Positions 18,820 through 29,853 of a stretch of DNA of 64,000 nucleotides are shown here, in pieces. The translations under genes were made by a program, and so were the position numbers. Numbering within the stretch: the stretch's first letter is position 1; the number at the start of each line of letters is the position of its first letter. Origin of the DNA: Candidatus Heimdallarchaeum endolithica (GTDB lineage: Archaea; Asgardarchaeota; Heimdallarchaeia; Heimdallarchaeales; Heimdallarchaeaceae). The notes beneath the pieces were generated by a model. It ran no database searches. It worked only from the letters and a program-made list of their open reading frames with translations, and had not been told where the DNA came from. The stretch spans positions 2,816,001-2,880,000 of the forward strand of contig CP084167.1 in assembly GCA_021513715.1 (NCBI GenBank). The letters are read 5' to 3'.

Positions 18820-21159
18820 TCAAATAGGTATAACATCTAGTTGCATAGTGTGAATCAAGTTTTTAATCTCTTTTCCTGCAGGAGAAGATAAAGGAATGTT
18901 GTTTACGTGTTTAACATAGATTGGAGTTTTTCCTTTTGGTTTCACTTTATATCTGAAATCATGAATTGATGAAATTATATGCATTAACATATTTGAATCC
19001 TTAAATTCAGGAAGGGTTTCAATGTTATGAATATATTCAATTCTCTGTTTTCTTCTGTAAATTATTAAAGCAACAGGTTTCCCATTTTGAAAGATTATGT
19101 CACCATACTCTGAAACAGTTGGTCTAGTAATTGCATTTCGAGATTGAAATCTCTTAAGAAGTTCATTCCTATACAATATTACTATTGGATCGGTCCTAGG
19201 AATGTATATAGTTTCAAATTTTCTTTTTTCATTAAAACTAGTGTCTTCCTGCTGGTGAAAAGCATAGATTAGTTCTTCTATTTCAGGAGTTGTGAATTGT
19301 GTTTCTTTTATTTCTTCTATCCATCGTCCAGACCTTAGTCCTCTCGAAGCAATCAAGTCTTTGATATAAATCGTAACTTGAGTGTTTGATAAGCCTGTAA
19401 GATTTGCAAGTTGAGTTATGGTTAATGGTAAGTTTGTATTTAAGATTCTCCACAAAATTTCTATCCAAGCGTCTCTTATTGAAGCTACTTGAATAATATT
19501 TTTGTTCTTAAAATATGCTTCAGCATCCATCCATATAGGTTTATTATTTGTTGATAGTGTTTGAATTATTTCATTGGCTTTTTCAAGGTTTAATAGACTC
19601 GTTTGAATTAAAGGTTCTGTGAGATTAAGTTGATTTTTTATATTCTCTGTAGAGATACGTCTCTTCTGTTTAATTGTTCTTAATATTCGTTGTTCAACTA
19701 TACCCAATTGTGTTTTTCCTCTTATTTTTGAAAATAGACCAAAATCAGATGTCTTTATTATTCCTCTGTAGAAATATCCAAACTTTCCTATTGTTAATTC
19801 TTTGTCAATGATCAATTGGTTAATTAAATCTGTTTTACTTCTATCAGTCCGATTAAGTAAAGAAATTCTGGGGAGTGGTAATCCTAATTTTTTTACCTCT
19901 GTAAGTATTTCTTGCTTGTTTTTGAACTGCTTTTCTAAACTCTGAGATTGGAGATCAAAAAGAAGAGGGAATAAACTGCTTAAAGGATATTGTGAACTAT
20001 ATTCGTTTACTTGACTTTTAGAGATATTTAAAGAATGGATAAAGCCATAATTTGTTTTAATATAACCTCTTTCTAAGAGTATTTTTGCAAAATTACTTGA
20101 CTGCTCTTTTACTTTATCAGAATACAATTCAGGTAAGATAGCTTTTTTTCCTCTATTTTCTGCATATTCTCGAATTTGGATAAATAGTTCTTCTTGTAAT
20201 TCTTCATGAGAATCAGAAATTCTGACGTTTTTTACTATAAGTTCTGCTCCTATTAGTTGATAATCAAAGGATAGTACTGGAAAACCTGATAAGAAAATAG
20301 ACACTTTTCTAATCTCTTCTAGAGGACAGAAATCTGAAAACTTCCAATATTTAAGATAAGGGTCGCTTAAAGGAAGTATGGAATATTCTTTTTTTTGTGT
20401 TATACTTTTTGATTTTTTGAACTTCTTAAAAAATTCTAATTCTTCAGTAACAATGAACGATTCATAACTTGAATTTTCAATAAATTGTCCTTTAATTATT
20501 TTTTTAGTTTCAAGCAATTCTATTAAACTTGTTGCAACTTTTGCTCCTGGTATCTCTAAAATATTCATAATTTGAGGGACTGTAATAGGCCCAAAATATC
20601 TAATTGTTTCAAAGATGAGTTTTTGTATAGATGAACTTCTACTAAGGGAAGATTTTTCTAAATATGTTTGTACATCAAATATTTTCCACTGTTCACCATT
20701 GTAATGCATCAAAATATGAAAACTAGACCTTAATTCATTAAGTATTTCCATTACTTCCTCTCTTTTAAGGATAAAATTTCGTATAATTTGATCTCTTGTT
20801 GTCTCCTTTTCTGCTTGGATAAAAGATAGTACCTCTCTTGTTCTAGGATTTTTATAATTTATTTCCTTCTGTTTTTGAATTTTAAGAAACAGTGGCACAA
20901 ATTCTTCATTAATAAAAGTTAATTTGTCAGAAATAAAAGGAGCTTGAAGAAGAATATTTTTCTGTAGTAGAGAATCAAGTAAACTACTTGAATAAGATCT
21001 CATTCTAGCATGTAGTGATTCTGGTTCTTGAAAATAAAGCACACTCTTAGTGATTGCTATTGCATGACTATAATTAATGCCCTTATATTCTGTTATTAGA
21101 CTCTGTTTCTGAGCTAAATAACTTGCAAGTTCAAAGATATTTAAGCCTGTTATATCCAT
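18820..21159 (-). CDS. Winged-helix repeat protein resembling the Lhr C-terminal / AlkZ-like region
   Basis: FGPITVPQI, KGQFIE, LPLSDPY, SGRWIE and IPRTDPI parallel motifs in the upstream Lhr C-terminus. Start abuts the lhr stop. Confidence 0.6.
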   Translation of the reverse strand: MDITGLNIFELASYLAQKQSLITEYKGINYSHAIAITKSVLYFQEPESLHARMRSYSSSLLDSLLQKNILLQAPFISDKLTFINEEFVPLFLKIQKQKEINYKNPRTREVLSFIQAEKETTRDQIIRNFILKREEVMEILNELRSSFHILMHYNGEQWKIFDVQTYLEKSSLSRSSSIQKLIFETIRYFGPITVPQIMNILEIPGAKVATSLIELLETKKIIKGQFIENSSYESFIVTEELEFFKKFKKSKSITQKKEYSILPLSDPYLKYWKFSDFCPLEEIRKVSIFLSGFPVLSFDYQLIGAELIVKNVRISDSHEELQEELFIQIREYAENRGKKAILPELYSDKVKEQSSNFAKILLERGYIKTNYGFIHSLNISKSQVNEYSSQYPLSSLFPLLFDLQSQSLEKQFKNKQEILTEVKKLGLPLPRISLLNRTDRSKTDLINQLIIDKELTIGKFGYFYRGIIKTSDFGLFSKIRGKTQLGIVEQRILRTIKQKRRISTENIKNQLNLTEPLIQTSLLNLEKANEIIQTLSTNNKPIWMDAEAYFKNKNIIQVASIRDAWIEILWRILNTNLPLTITQLANLTGLSNTQVTIYIKDLIASRGLRSGRWIEEIKETQFTTPEIEELIYAFHQQEDTSFNEKRKFETIYIPRTDPIVILYRNELLKRFQSRNAITRPTVSEYGDIIFQNGKPVALIIYRRKQRIEYIHNIETLPEFKDSNMLMHIISSIHDFRYKVKPKGKTPIYVKHVNNIPLSSPAGKEIKNLIHTMQLDVIPI

Positions 21160-24100
21160 TTAAATCACTAATGCAGTTAAATTGTAATCATTTACCCGTT
21201 CAATAACTAACCCTTCAGCATCCTTAAAGCCAAAAGCGTGTATTGTTTCAAGCGCGTTGATTATATAGTTATAATTCTTGATATCGTTTATCCAAGGGGC
21301 TAAAATAACATTTGATAGAATAAGTTTTTTCTTCTTTATTTTTTCACCAACTATCTGAGCTGCTATATTATTAGATAATAAAATAATAAAATTGTTGCTG
21401 CTCTTGTCAAATTGGCTGGGAAAGAAGTTTGATAAAACAAATTGCCCTTTATCTTTAGGAGGTAATATAAAAAGAGTTGACTTTGTATCAGATTGTAAAA
21501 TTGGTTGTTTTCGATATTCTTGTTCGAAATTTATTAATCGTTCATGGTTTGACTTTGTCATGTAATATAGTTGAAGATTATCTTCGATAAATCGACCAGA
21601 AATTATTTTCTCACTAGAAACGAGTCTGGTGAGTGCATCTTTTATTCTTGCTTTGGTTAGAACCCCTGGAATCTCAATTAAATTAATTACTTGCTCTTCA
21701 TTAATTAAGCCTAAAGATTCAACTACAGAGCAGATATACTCCGTAATAATCGTCATTCTTTCTTTCTTTTCCTCGTTAATTTCTAATGATAAATCCTTAT
21801 ATGAAATTGTTTGACCGCTTGAATCTATTGTTTTTGCAGAAATAAAACAATTTTCCATTAATGATGTTAAAATTGATCGAAGATTCTGTGCAGTAACCTG
21901 CATTTGTCCCATTAAGTCTGAGAGTGTTTGATAACCTTTCATAATTAGTTTATGTACTTGCTTATGTTTTTCTGTTATTTTCTTTCTTTTTCTCAAACCT
22001 GCTTTTTTGTATTTGATAAACTCTTCAGAGTAAAAAAACCCATTTAGCATGAAAATAGTATCTTCTTCCAACAATTTATTGAGCATGAAGCTGATTATTG
22101 AAGGACTACTATCTGGAAAACGAGATAATATTTCATTGAATGATATTTCTCCAAATTTTGTAACTAGTTTTACTAAAGAGTTATAATCTAGAGGAGTAGA
22201 AGGAGAAGATAGAGATAGTTTCTTAAGAAGGTATTTTTTGATAACTTCTTGACTAAATCTTCTGGTTGTAGTTTCTCCTCCTATTAGAATCCCTTTAACT
22301 AACTGATATCCTGCTTTTAAAAATACATCCTTTATCAGCTCATTTTGTTTGGATAGTATTGGTTTACCATTGATATCTTCGATTTGAACTGTAAGAACAC
22401 GATGGATACTACGAGTATAGTTAACTAGTTCTATTGCAATTTTTTGAAGAGCAATAAAGTCAAACATTATTTCGTTTCCTATTTTAAGATCATAAATCTG
22501 AAGATATCTTCCTTTAAAAAGTCTATATTCAACTGAACCAACTGGATTCCCGTTGAACAAAATAGGGTCAACCTTTCCTTCTCCATATGTATCTCTAAGA
22601 TGCAATCTTAATCCTAGTTTTGTGAAAGGATCATCACGAGGAATAAAGACTATTTCATCAATTGGAAATAGAGTTGAGTAAATTAGTTTCTTTTTAAGTT
22701 CAGGTAATAATGGACTTCTTTCATCAGAACTGTAAAACATAGTTTTTCTTTCGCTTAGAGGTTTTTCTACTATTTTTCTTTTTTCAAGAAGTTTCTTGAT
22801 TGTTTTCTCAACCTCTGAATACTTAAAAGCTGAAATTTGTGTCAAACGAAGCAAGTCTATTGGTCCAGTTGACCTAATGATTTGGTGTAATATAAACTCT
22901 AAACTTTCTTCATAGGAAGGGAGCTCATTCATTTTTAGATATCTTGATGAAATGTCATAAATATTCGCTTGAAAATAGGTGTTTTCATAACTGCTAGGTA
23001 TTAGTGGTTTCCTACATAAATACAGTGTTTTATCCAATATTGCAATACTCTCTCTTACAAGTCCTTCATCTAACCCTGTGTATTCAACGATATCTGATTT
23101 GCTTAATGGTCCAAATTTAGTGATTGTATCTAATATTAACTCTTCAACATGGGATAATTTGAACTCTTGGTGATAAGCAACATAATAATATTTAAACAAG
23201 CGACTAGTGACATATGCCACTCTGTTGTAGCTAAATCTTCCTTGAATGATTTTATTTTCTTGAGCTAATTGTTCAAAGTCTTCCTTGCTAAAATTGTTTA
23301 TTCTAATAACGAGAGAATTTATATCTTCAATATAACCAAAAAAATCAATTAAATCCAGAATTTTTTCTTTTGTATCAATTGTTGATAGTTGAACATTTCT
23401 AAAATTATGGATCAGAAAATAGTAGTGTAAAGCATTTAACTCTTCAGGTGTGAAAAATAAGGCATCTTCTCTAGTGCTTAAGTTTCTTAAAAGCTCTCTA
23501 TCTTCAACCCGGATGTATTGTTCTCCTAAAAAGTGCTCTGTTATTTTTCCGCTTAAAACAAGGTTCTGTTGCTCTAGTTCAGTTAAACTTCTTCTTATTT
23601 TTTCATTGCTTAATTGCAAATAATTAGCAATAAGTGAAATTGTTGAAGGACCATGATTTTTTAAGAATCTCAATATTACTTTCTTTAAGCATTCTTCGGG
23701 GTCTAACAAGGAAGCTTGTTTTAATAAGAATTTTGAAACAACTCGTTCACTTATATCATATTTATGTCTTAATTTTCCTCTATAATAATGAATGTTTACT
23801 CTCATTATTTGAAAAGAGCGTTCAAGTCTTCCTAAATTAATTTTTAGCTCTTCATCTTTTAAATTTAATTTTTCTTTTAATTCACTTTCAGATAGAGGTC
23901 CATCTGTCTCAAGTAAAGAAAGCAGTGCTTTATCTTTTTCAGTTAAATCGGCAGAAACCACATAAATATTCCAGAACAGGGGAAAATCAGAAATATGGAC
24001 TGTTCTATACATTCCTGCTCCTAGAGGAATAACAACCACATGTTTTTTTTCTATTAATTCAAATACCCATGAACGGACTTGCGATACATCTGAAATTGAT

Positions 24101-26883
24101 AAATGATAAATACTTGGATTCTCTTCAGTTAATGTGTTGATTGGTGCAAGGTTTTTAATTGCTCTTTCTAAATGATGGATCGAGGAAATAGGAAGGTTTC
24201 TATCTTTATAGCTTCGAGTATTAAATATCTGTTCAACAAGTTCTTTTTTAAATAATGTCTCTTTTATAGACTCTTTATCAAAAACCTTAGATAAGACTAA
24301 ACTATGTAATTCTCTTAATAAAGCTGTTCTATCTGAAATTTGAACAATATCTGCAGAACCCAGAAGAACTATTCCATGAGCAAAAGGGCTTGGAATATCA
24401 GAAAGAGGAGTAACAATAAAATTCATCTCTCCAGCTTCGATTTTTCTTAAAACTCTCAAAGCATTTGTTAAGTCCATATAATCCTTTAGTATTTCTCTAT
24501 ATGTTTCCTTAATTACACAGAAGTCTTCTTTTTCTTTGATTGTTGAGAGTATCCTTTTTGCATAAAGAGTTTGTCGAGAAACTGGTACAGATCTAGTCCC
24601 AGAATGTCTTAATATCATGAATGCTCTATTTGCCACATGTCTAAACCTTAATTGAAATAATTCAGAGTTTACAACTGCTTTTTTAACTAAATAAGTAAGA
24701 TTCTCTGAATTAACTAATTCAGTTATTTCATTTATATCAATCATTTTTCCTGCTGGAAGAGTAAGAAGAAAACCATTATCATTTACAGCTGAAGCTATGT
24801 CTGCAGTTATTTTTTTCCCTAATGCGAAAGCAAAAGCTTTAGAAAGAGCGTCATTCACTCTTCTACCAGCATAAGAATGAAATATAATGTTTAATCTACT
24901 TTTAGGGTCAACATATGATTCAATTAATATAGTGTCGTGTGTAGGAACAAGATTCAGAAAATCCAGTTGTTCTTTGATGTATTCAACTATAGTTTCTGCA
25001 ATAACTTCATCTACATTAAATGAGCGTAATATCCACTCTGTAGTATCTTTATCGTTATTTTTTATTTTATCCGCAAGAACTTTTATGAAACGTCCAATTT
25101 GTTGAGAAAGCTCAAATGAACGAGGAAGCTCTTCACCAACCCATGAAGGGACTGTAGGTCTCTTTCCAAAGGCATCAGCTACAATTACCCTCGATCCCAC
25201 TGTTCGCTTGAATTGATAAGTGTGGCTGCCTAAAATAAAAATATCTCCTGGGTTTAGTCTCTCCACAAACTTTTCTGATAAAACTCCTAAACGGGTTCTA
25301 TATGTTTCTAATTCAACAAAATAGTCTGCATTCTCAGGAATCGTCCCTAGATTTAAATAAAAAACTATTCTTGTATTTTTCTTCTTGCTAAATGCTTTTT
25401 CTTTTTCATCATACCAAATCTTTCTATAGACCTTCCTTTCTTCTAAATCAAAGTAATGCCCGCCTAAATACTTTATTACATCTAAATACTCTTGAAAACT
25501 CAAATTTCGGAAGTTGTAAGAGCATTTTATCATTTTGAAAGCTTCATCAATATTCCATCTTTTGATAATAGAGATACCAACAATGAACTGTGCTAGAACA
25601 TCTAAACAGTTTTCTGGAATCTGAACTTTGTCAATGTCATTTGCATAAGCTGACTTGTTAAGAACTGCACATTCAATTGCATCATCTCTGTCTGTTACGA
25701 TTAATCTTCCTTTTGCAACTCGATCTAAAGAATGCCCACTTCTTCCAACTCTTTGCAGATATTTGGCAACAGATTTTGGAGAACCTATCTGGGAAACTAA
25801 ATCGACACTACCTATATCTATTCCAAGCTCTAAAGAAGTAGAAGAAACTGCTGCTAATAGTTCGTTATTTTTTAACTTGTCTTCTACATCAAGTCTGCTT
25901 TCACGTGAAATACTAGAATGATGGACAGCTATTCTTGAACTATAGTCAGGCCCTAAATATTCTTTAAGTTTAAAAGCTACGTTCTCTGCACCTCTTCTTG
26001 TATTAGTAAAAATAATTGATGTTTCATGTTCTAAAATTAAATCAGAAAGAACAGCATACATACTCTGTTGGATTTCTACATATGGTGTGTGCAGAAGATC
26101 TTTTACTGGACTAATAGTTTTCAAGTCAAATTTACGAGAAGAAGGTAAATTTGCAATTGCACAATCACGTTCTTTTCCTTCTGGATCTACGCCAATTAGA
26201 AATCTTGCTATTTCTTCGATAGGTGCTTGAGTGGCACTTAAACCTATTCTTGTAAAATCATTTTTTGCTAATTCATTTGTTAGATACTCAACAAATAATG
26301 AAAGAAGTACTCCTCTCTTATTATTGGCAAGTTCGTGTATTTCATCAAGAATAAACCAACGAATATTTTTAAGGTGTTCAGAAAATTTAGGAGAAGTTAA
26401 GATTAAGCCTAAACTCTCTGGGGTTGTAATTAAAATATGAGGAGGCTTTTTTCTCATCTGATTTCTTGCAGATTGAGATGTATCTCCTGTTCGAACTTCC
26501 ACTCTTATTTTAGGAGTACTTATCCCCTTCGAAGCTGCTAAGTCTTGAATCCCTTGAAGTGGCTCTTCTAAATTCTTCTTTATATCATTACTTAAAGCTT
26601 TAAGAGGACTAATATATAAAACATAAATTTGTTCCTTCAATTCTCCTTGTTTAGCTAGTAGAAATAGTTCGTTAATAGAAGCTAAAAAAGCAGCAAAGGT
26701 TTTTCCAGAACCTGTAGAACTGAAAATTAAAGTGTTTTGCTTATCATGAATAGATGGAATGGCATAGAGTTGAGGGGGAGTGAATCCTAAAGGGAATCGG
26801 GTGGAAAACCATTCTTTTACAATTTCATCTAAAAAAGAAAAAATGTGTTCTGGAGAAGAAGGTTCAAGCAAATAAGTTATCAT
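21160..26883 (-). CDS. lhr: Lhr-family SF2 helicase with greatly extended C-terminal wHTH/AlkZ-like region (1907 aa)
   Basis: TGSGKT, YISPLKALSND, TTPESL, DEIH, SAT, SLELGIDIG, QRVGRSGH, DVLAQ, GTIP, PSWVGE and PSPFA. Confidence 0.93.
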   Translation of the reverse strand: MITYLLEPSSPEHIFSFLDEIVKEWFSTRFPLGFTPPQLYAIPSIHDKQNTLIFSSTGSGKTFAAFLASINELFLLAKQGELKEQIYVLYISPLKALSNDIKKNLEEPLQGIQDLAASKGISTPKIRVEVRTGDTSQSARNQMRKKPPHILITTPESLGLILTSPKFSEHLKNIRWFILDEIHELANNKRGVLLSLFVEYLTNELAKNDFTRIGLSATQAPIEEIARFLIGVDPEGKERDCAIANLPSSRKFDLKTISPVKDLLHTPYVEIQQSMYAVLSDLILEHETSIIFTNTRRGAENVAFKLKEYLGPDYSSRIAVHHSSISRESRLDVEDKLKNNELLAAVSSTSLELGIDIGSVDLVSQIGSPKSVAKYLQRVGRSGHSLDRVAKGRLIVTDRDDAIECAVLNKSAYANDIDKVQIPENCLDVLAQFIVGISIIKRWNIDEAFKMIKCSYNFRNLSFQEYLDVIKYLGGHYFDLEERKVYRKIWYDEKEKAFSKKKNTRIVFYLNLGTIPENADYFVELETYRTRLGVLSEKFVERLNPGDIFILGSHTYQFKRTVGSRVIVADAFGKRPTVPSWVGEELPRSFELSQQIGRFIKVLADKIKNNDKDTTEWILRSFNVDEVIAETIVEYIKEQLDFLNLVPTHDTILIESYVDPKSRLNIIFHSYAGRRVNDALSKAFAFALGKKITADIASAVNDNGFLLTLPAGKMIDINEITELVNSENLTYLVKKAVVNSELFQLRFRHVANRAFMILRHSGTRSVPVSRQTLYAKRILSTIKEKEDFCVIKETYREILKDYMDLTNALRVLRKIEAGEMNFIVTPLSDIPSPFAHGIVLLGSADIVQISDRTALLRELHSLVLSKVFDKESIKETLFKKELVEQIFNTRSYKDRNLPISSIHHLERAIKNLAPINTLTEENPSIYHLSISDVSQVRSWVFELIEKKHVVVIPLGAGMYRTVHISDFPLFWNIYVVSADLTEKDKALLSLLETDGPLSESELKEKLNLKDEELKINLGRLERSFQIMRVNIHYYRGKLRHKYDISERVVSKFLLKQASLLDPEECLKKVILRFLKNHGPSTISLIANYLQLSNEKIRRSLTELEQQNLVLSGKITEHFLGEQYIRVEDRELLRNLSTREDALFFTPEELNALHYYFLIHNFRNVQLSTIDTKEKILDLIDFFGYIEDINSLVIRINNFSKEDFEQLAQENKIIQGRFSYNRVAYVTSRLFKYYYVAYHQEFKLSHVEELILDTITKFGPLSKSDIVEYTGLDEGLVRESIAILDKTLYLCRKPLIPSSYENTYFQANIYDISSRYLKMNELPSYEESLEFILHQIIRSTGPIDLLRLTQISAFKYSEVEKTIKKLLEKRKIVEKPLSERKTMFYSSDERSPLLPELKKKLIYSTLFPIDEIVFIPRDDPFTKLGLRLHLRDTYGEGKVDPILFNGNPVGSVEYRLFKGRYLQIYDLKIGNEIMFDFIALQKIAIELVNYTRSIHRVLTVQIEDINGKPILSKQNELIKDVFLKAGYQLVKGILIGGETTTRRFSQEVIKKYLLKKLSLSSPSTPLDYNSLVKLVTKFGEISFNEILSRFPDSSPSIISFMLNKLLEEDTIFMLNGFFYSEEFIKYKKAGLRKRKKITEKHKQVHKLIMKGYQTLSDLMGQMQVTAQNLRSILTSLMENCFISAKTIDSSGQTISYKDLSLEINEEKKERMTIITEYICSVVESLGLINEEQVINLIEIPGVLTKARIKDALTRLVSSEKIISGRFIEDNLQLYYMTKSNHERLINFEQEYRKQPILQSDTKSTLFILPPKDKGQFVLSNFFPSQFDKSSNNFIILLSNNIAAQIVGEKIKKKKLILSNVILAPWINDIKNYNYIINALETIHAFGFKDAEGLVIERVNDYNLTALVI

Positions 26884-26944
26884 TATCTTAATTTCAACTA
26901 AAGAAAATAATATAAAAACATCTTTCTATCTGTGAAGTTGAGAT

Positions 26945-28222
26945 TTAGATGTATTTCTTTTTTAAAGCGAATTTGTATTTCATTAAATATCCACCTGTGT
27001 TCTTTATGTCAATGGGATCAATGAACGCAGTCGAACTTTTGTGTGCAAAAGAATCATCAATTATTCTTTTATCTAAATAATCTCTGTAACCTATTTTACC
27101 ATTTTTTTGTAACTCTCTTATTTCAGGTGGAAATGCTTGTGGTTCATGATATGATTTTGACTTAATATGGTTAAACAACAATTCATTTTCTAAAGTATCA
27201 ATAGAATGTGTTATTAACGAAATAGAAGCATTTGGGACTAAACATTTATACAATAAATCAGTTACTTTTTTTTGTTTTGAGACCATTTTCCTTAAGGTAG
27301 GGAAATTGAGGTTGGATGAAAAAGTAGGTAAAACTGCTGTTCTTGAATTTTGTAATTCAAGATAAACAGAGGTATACTTAATTGTATGAACATCTTGAAT
27401 AAAACTTAGAAATGGGGCACTAATAACTCTTATAGCTTTTGTTTTTACTCTTCTTATTTGCCGCTGAATTGCTCGAAGGTGGTTTCTATTTTGAGCTACT
27501 ACTGTGATTGGAATCTTGTGATTAGTCCTCTCTGCAATATATAGAGCTGTATCTCCCTTGTCTACAGATAAAACCAAAATATTATCATTGTTTTCGAAAT
27601 ACATAGATTTTACTCCAAAAATTTGAGTTGGAGTAAGAATATTGTAAAAACCCTTTCTATAATAACTTAATTCTGTAATGGGTGGTTCAAAACCCCAAGA
27701 TTTAATCACTTTTGCAACAATGTTTAATTTTAAAGAGGGAATTTCCTTACTACTTACTTCAGATTTTCCAATAGCGATTAAATTGTTTGCAGCGTCTCTA
27801 ATTTCAACATTTTCGCCTTTTTCAAGAAATTCGTATCCTGTTACTCCATAAGAAAAAACTTCACGCCCCATAGCTATGCTTTGTGCAGACTCTCTATCAA
27901 CCTTTATAACAGGGTACTTCTTATTATAGTCGCTAAGATCAAATTGATTAACTTTTACTTCTAAAATGTCATCAAAGAGGGGATTTTTGATAACTTCAAA
28001 TTCTAATTCTTCAAAAATATCAAATAAGGAATCAATATCTATTTTACTTGTATTAACTTGAACCCAGAGCGAAGAATAAGGAGATTTAGAAAATTGCAGA
28101 AATTCTTCAGTTTTTTCTTTACCAAAATCTTCAATCCAATGTTTGATTAAACTTGTTTTGTAATGATATTTTTTAGAAATTAGACTAATCTCTTTTTCCA
28201 GTTCAGTTTTTTCTTCGCTCAT
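26945..28222 (-). CDS. NSUN6/RsmB-like PUA-domain RNA m5C methyltransferase homologue, catalytically degenerate
   Basis: VQVNTSKID, PUA-like AQSIAMGREVFSYGV and ENE motif. SAM motif and both catalytic Cys replaced (LELQNS, ITHSI). Confidence 0.7.
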   Translation of the reverse strand: MSEEKTELEKEISLISKKYHYKTSLIKHWIEDFGKEKTEEFLQFSKSPYSSLWVQVNTSKIDIDSLFDIFEELEFEVIKNPLFDDILEVKVNQFDLSDYNKKYPVIKVDRESAQSIAMGREVFSYGVTGYEFLEKGENVEIRDAANNLIAIGKSEVSSKEIPSLKLNIVAKVIKSWGFEPPITELSYYRKGFYNILTPTQIFGVKSMYFENNDNILVLSVDKGDTALYIAERTNHKIPITVVAQNRNHLRAIQRQIRRVKTKAIRVISAPFLSFIQDVHTIKYTSVYLELQNSRTAVLPTFSSNLNFPTLRKMVSKQKKVTDLLYKCLVPNASISLITHSIDTLENELLFNHIKSKSYHEPQAFPPEIRELQKNGKIGYRDYLDKRIIDDSFAHKSSTAFIDPIDIKNTGGYLMKYKFALKKKYI

Positions 28223-28495
28223 TTTGCTATTTTGGACATCTATTAGGTCTCTTTTTAATCATTTTTACTTTAGAGAAAATTAAGTATGACTGTTTTATTA
28301 TGGTTTAAGTTTGTATTATTTTCTCCTTTCCTTTACAACAAAATTTTAAAACTACAAATGAGAAAATAAATTAATAATAGTTGGAAATGTTAATAGCTTG
28401 AAATATAAAATAGAAATAGATATGATAAAAAACTGTGATAAGCAAAAAAATTATAAAAGGAAAAAATTACCACAAAATAGCGGAAAGGAAAAAGT

Positions 28496-29062
28496 ATGAG
28501 CATGATTGGTTCTTTCTCAACATGGTTGCGTTCTAGATTAAAAAAAGAGCATAAGGCTAAAATTTTAATTTTAGGTCTAGATGCAGCTGGTAAAACTACT
28601 TTAACAAGGTATATGCGTTTTGGTAAATTCAATGAAAATATGGCACCCACGATAGGCCAAAATATTGAGTCTTTTGAATTTGAAGGATGGACACTTACAA
28701 CTATTGATGTAGCAGGTCAAGCTCATTTTAGGTTTTTATGGGAAGCTCATTATCCTGGTACAGAAGCAGTAATTTTTGTAATTGATTCAGCAGATATTGA
28801 AAGATTACCAGAAGCTCGTGATGTTTTAAAGACTCATGTTATGAACAATCCATATATGGAATCTGTCCCCATTTTGATTTTAGCGAATAAACAAGATCTC
28901 CCTGGGGCAGTAGAAGCACCTTTACTCATACAAATGTTGGGATTACATTTAGATTTGAAAGATCGAACATTTGCAGTTTTTGATTGTAGTGTATTACACG
29001 GTAAAGGTGTAAAAGAAGCTTTCATTTGGCTTATAAATGAACTGGAGTCTAAAAAGTATTAA
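28496..29062 (+). CDS. Arf-family small GTPase
   Basis: GLDAAGKTT, PTIG, DVAGQ, ANKQDLP and N-terminal amphipathic helix SFSTWLRSRL. Confidence 0.93.
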   Translation: MSMIGSFSTWLRSRLKKEHKAKILILGLDAAGKTTLTRYMRFGKFNENMAPTIGQNIESFEFEGWTLTTIDVAGQAHFRFLWEAHYPGTEAVIFVIDSADIERLPEARDVLKTHVMNNPYMESVPILILANKQDLPGAVEAPLLIQMLGLHLDLKDRTFAVFDCSVLHGKGVKEAFIWLINELESKKY

Positions 29063-29129
29063 CTTACTTTTTCAACAATTTTACTTTTTTTAAATTCTTA
29101 TAAAATAAGAGAGGGTATTATATGTACCT

Positions 29130-29633
29130 TTAATTTGCTGTCTGTTTCTTCCATTCCATTATTAAAGCCGCTTCTCCATCACGATAATAGTTCTCTATTT
29201 GCCTTTTAAAATTGTAATTTAGTTTCTTGTATAGTTCAATGGCTGGATAATTTGATTTTCTGACTTCTAAATATATAGTGTTAATTCCTTTATTTATCAT
29301 CCTTTCCATTACAAATTTCATTAGTTTATATCCTACATTTTTTCTTCTAAATTCAGGCAAAACAGCGATAGAGATAATATGCCCTTTGAAATTTGGTATT
29401 CCAATAAGTGAAACAAAGGTTTTTTCTATTCTGGAAAGAACATAACCTATAATTTCCTCTTCTTCAATGGCTACGGCACAATCTTCCCCATAATTAGATA
29501 AAATATGATAAAAGAAATCAAACGAATAGTTTTCAGGTAAACAGAGTTTATTTATTTCCATTATTTGTTTAATGTCGGATATTTCTGCTTGCCTTATTAG
29601 AAGTGTTGATGACATTAAATTGATTTCTATCAA
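29130..29633 (-). CDS. N-terminal acetyltransferase (Ard1/RimI, GNAT)
   Basis: LPENYS, GHIISIAVLPEFRR, LEVRKSN and YYRDGEAA. Confidence 0.92.
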   Translation of the reverse strand: MIEINLMSSTLLIRQAEISDIKQIMEINKLCLPENYSFDFFYHILSNYGEDCAVAIEEEEIIGYVLSRIEKTFVSLIGIPNFKGHIISIAVLPEFRRKNVGYKLMKFVMERMINKGINTIYLEVRKSNYPAIELYKKLNYNFKRQIENYYRDGEAALIMEWKKQTAN

Positions 29634-29682
29634 TAGATATAAAAATTTTCCACTAAAACTAGTATAAATAATTATTTGCTCT

Positions 29683-29853
29683 GGGTTTCAAGTAGTATTT
29701 TCATCAACTTAATTTTTGTACAATATTTTTGTACGCCAATCTTGCTCTCGGAAAGATCTGTCTAGGAGGGAGATCTAAACACTCATTGAGCCAGAGGAGA
29801 AGGTTGAGCACTCCTCCACCGTGGAAACTGGATGAATAAATCCTCTCACACGG
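29683..29853 (-). ncRNA. Stand-alone omegaRNA-like RNA (scaffold 29853-29703, guide GAAAATACTACTTGAAACCC)
   Basis: Same stems as 18573-18726 with compensatory changes (CCGTG/CACGG, GAGGAG/CTCCTC) and the TCAAC/GTTGA pseudoknot retained. Confidence 0.7.
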
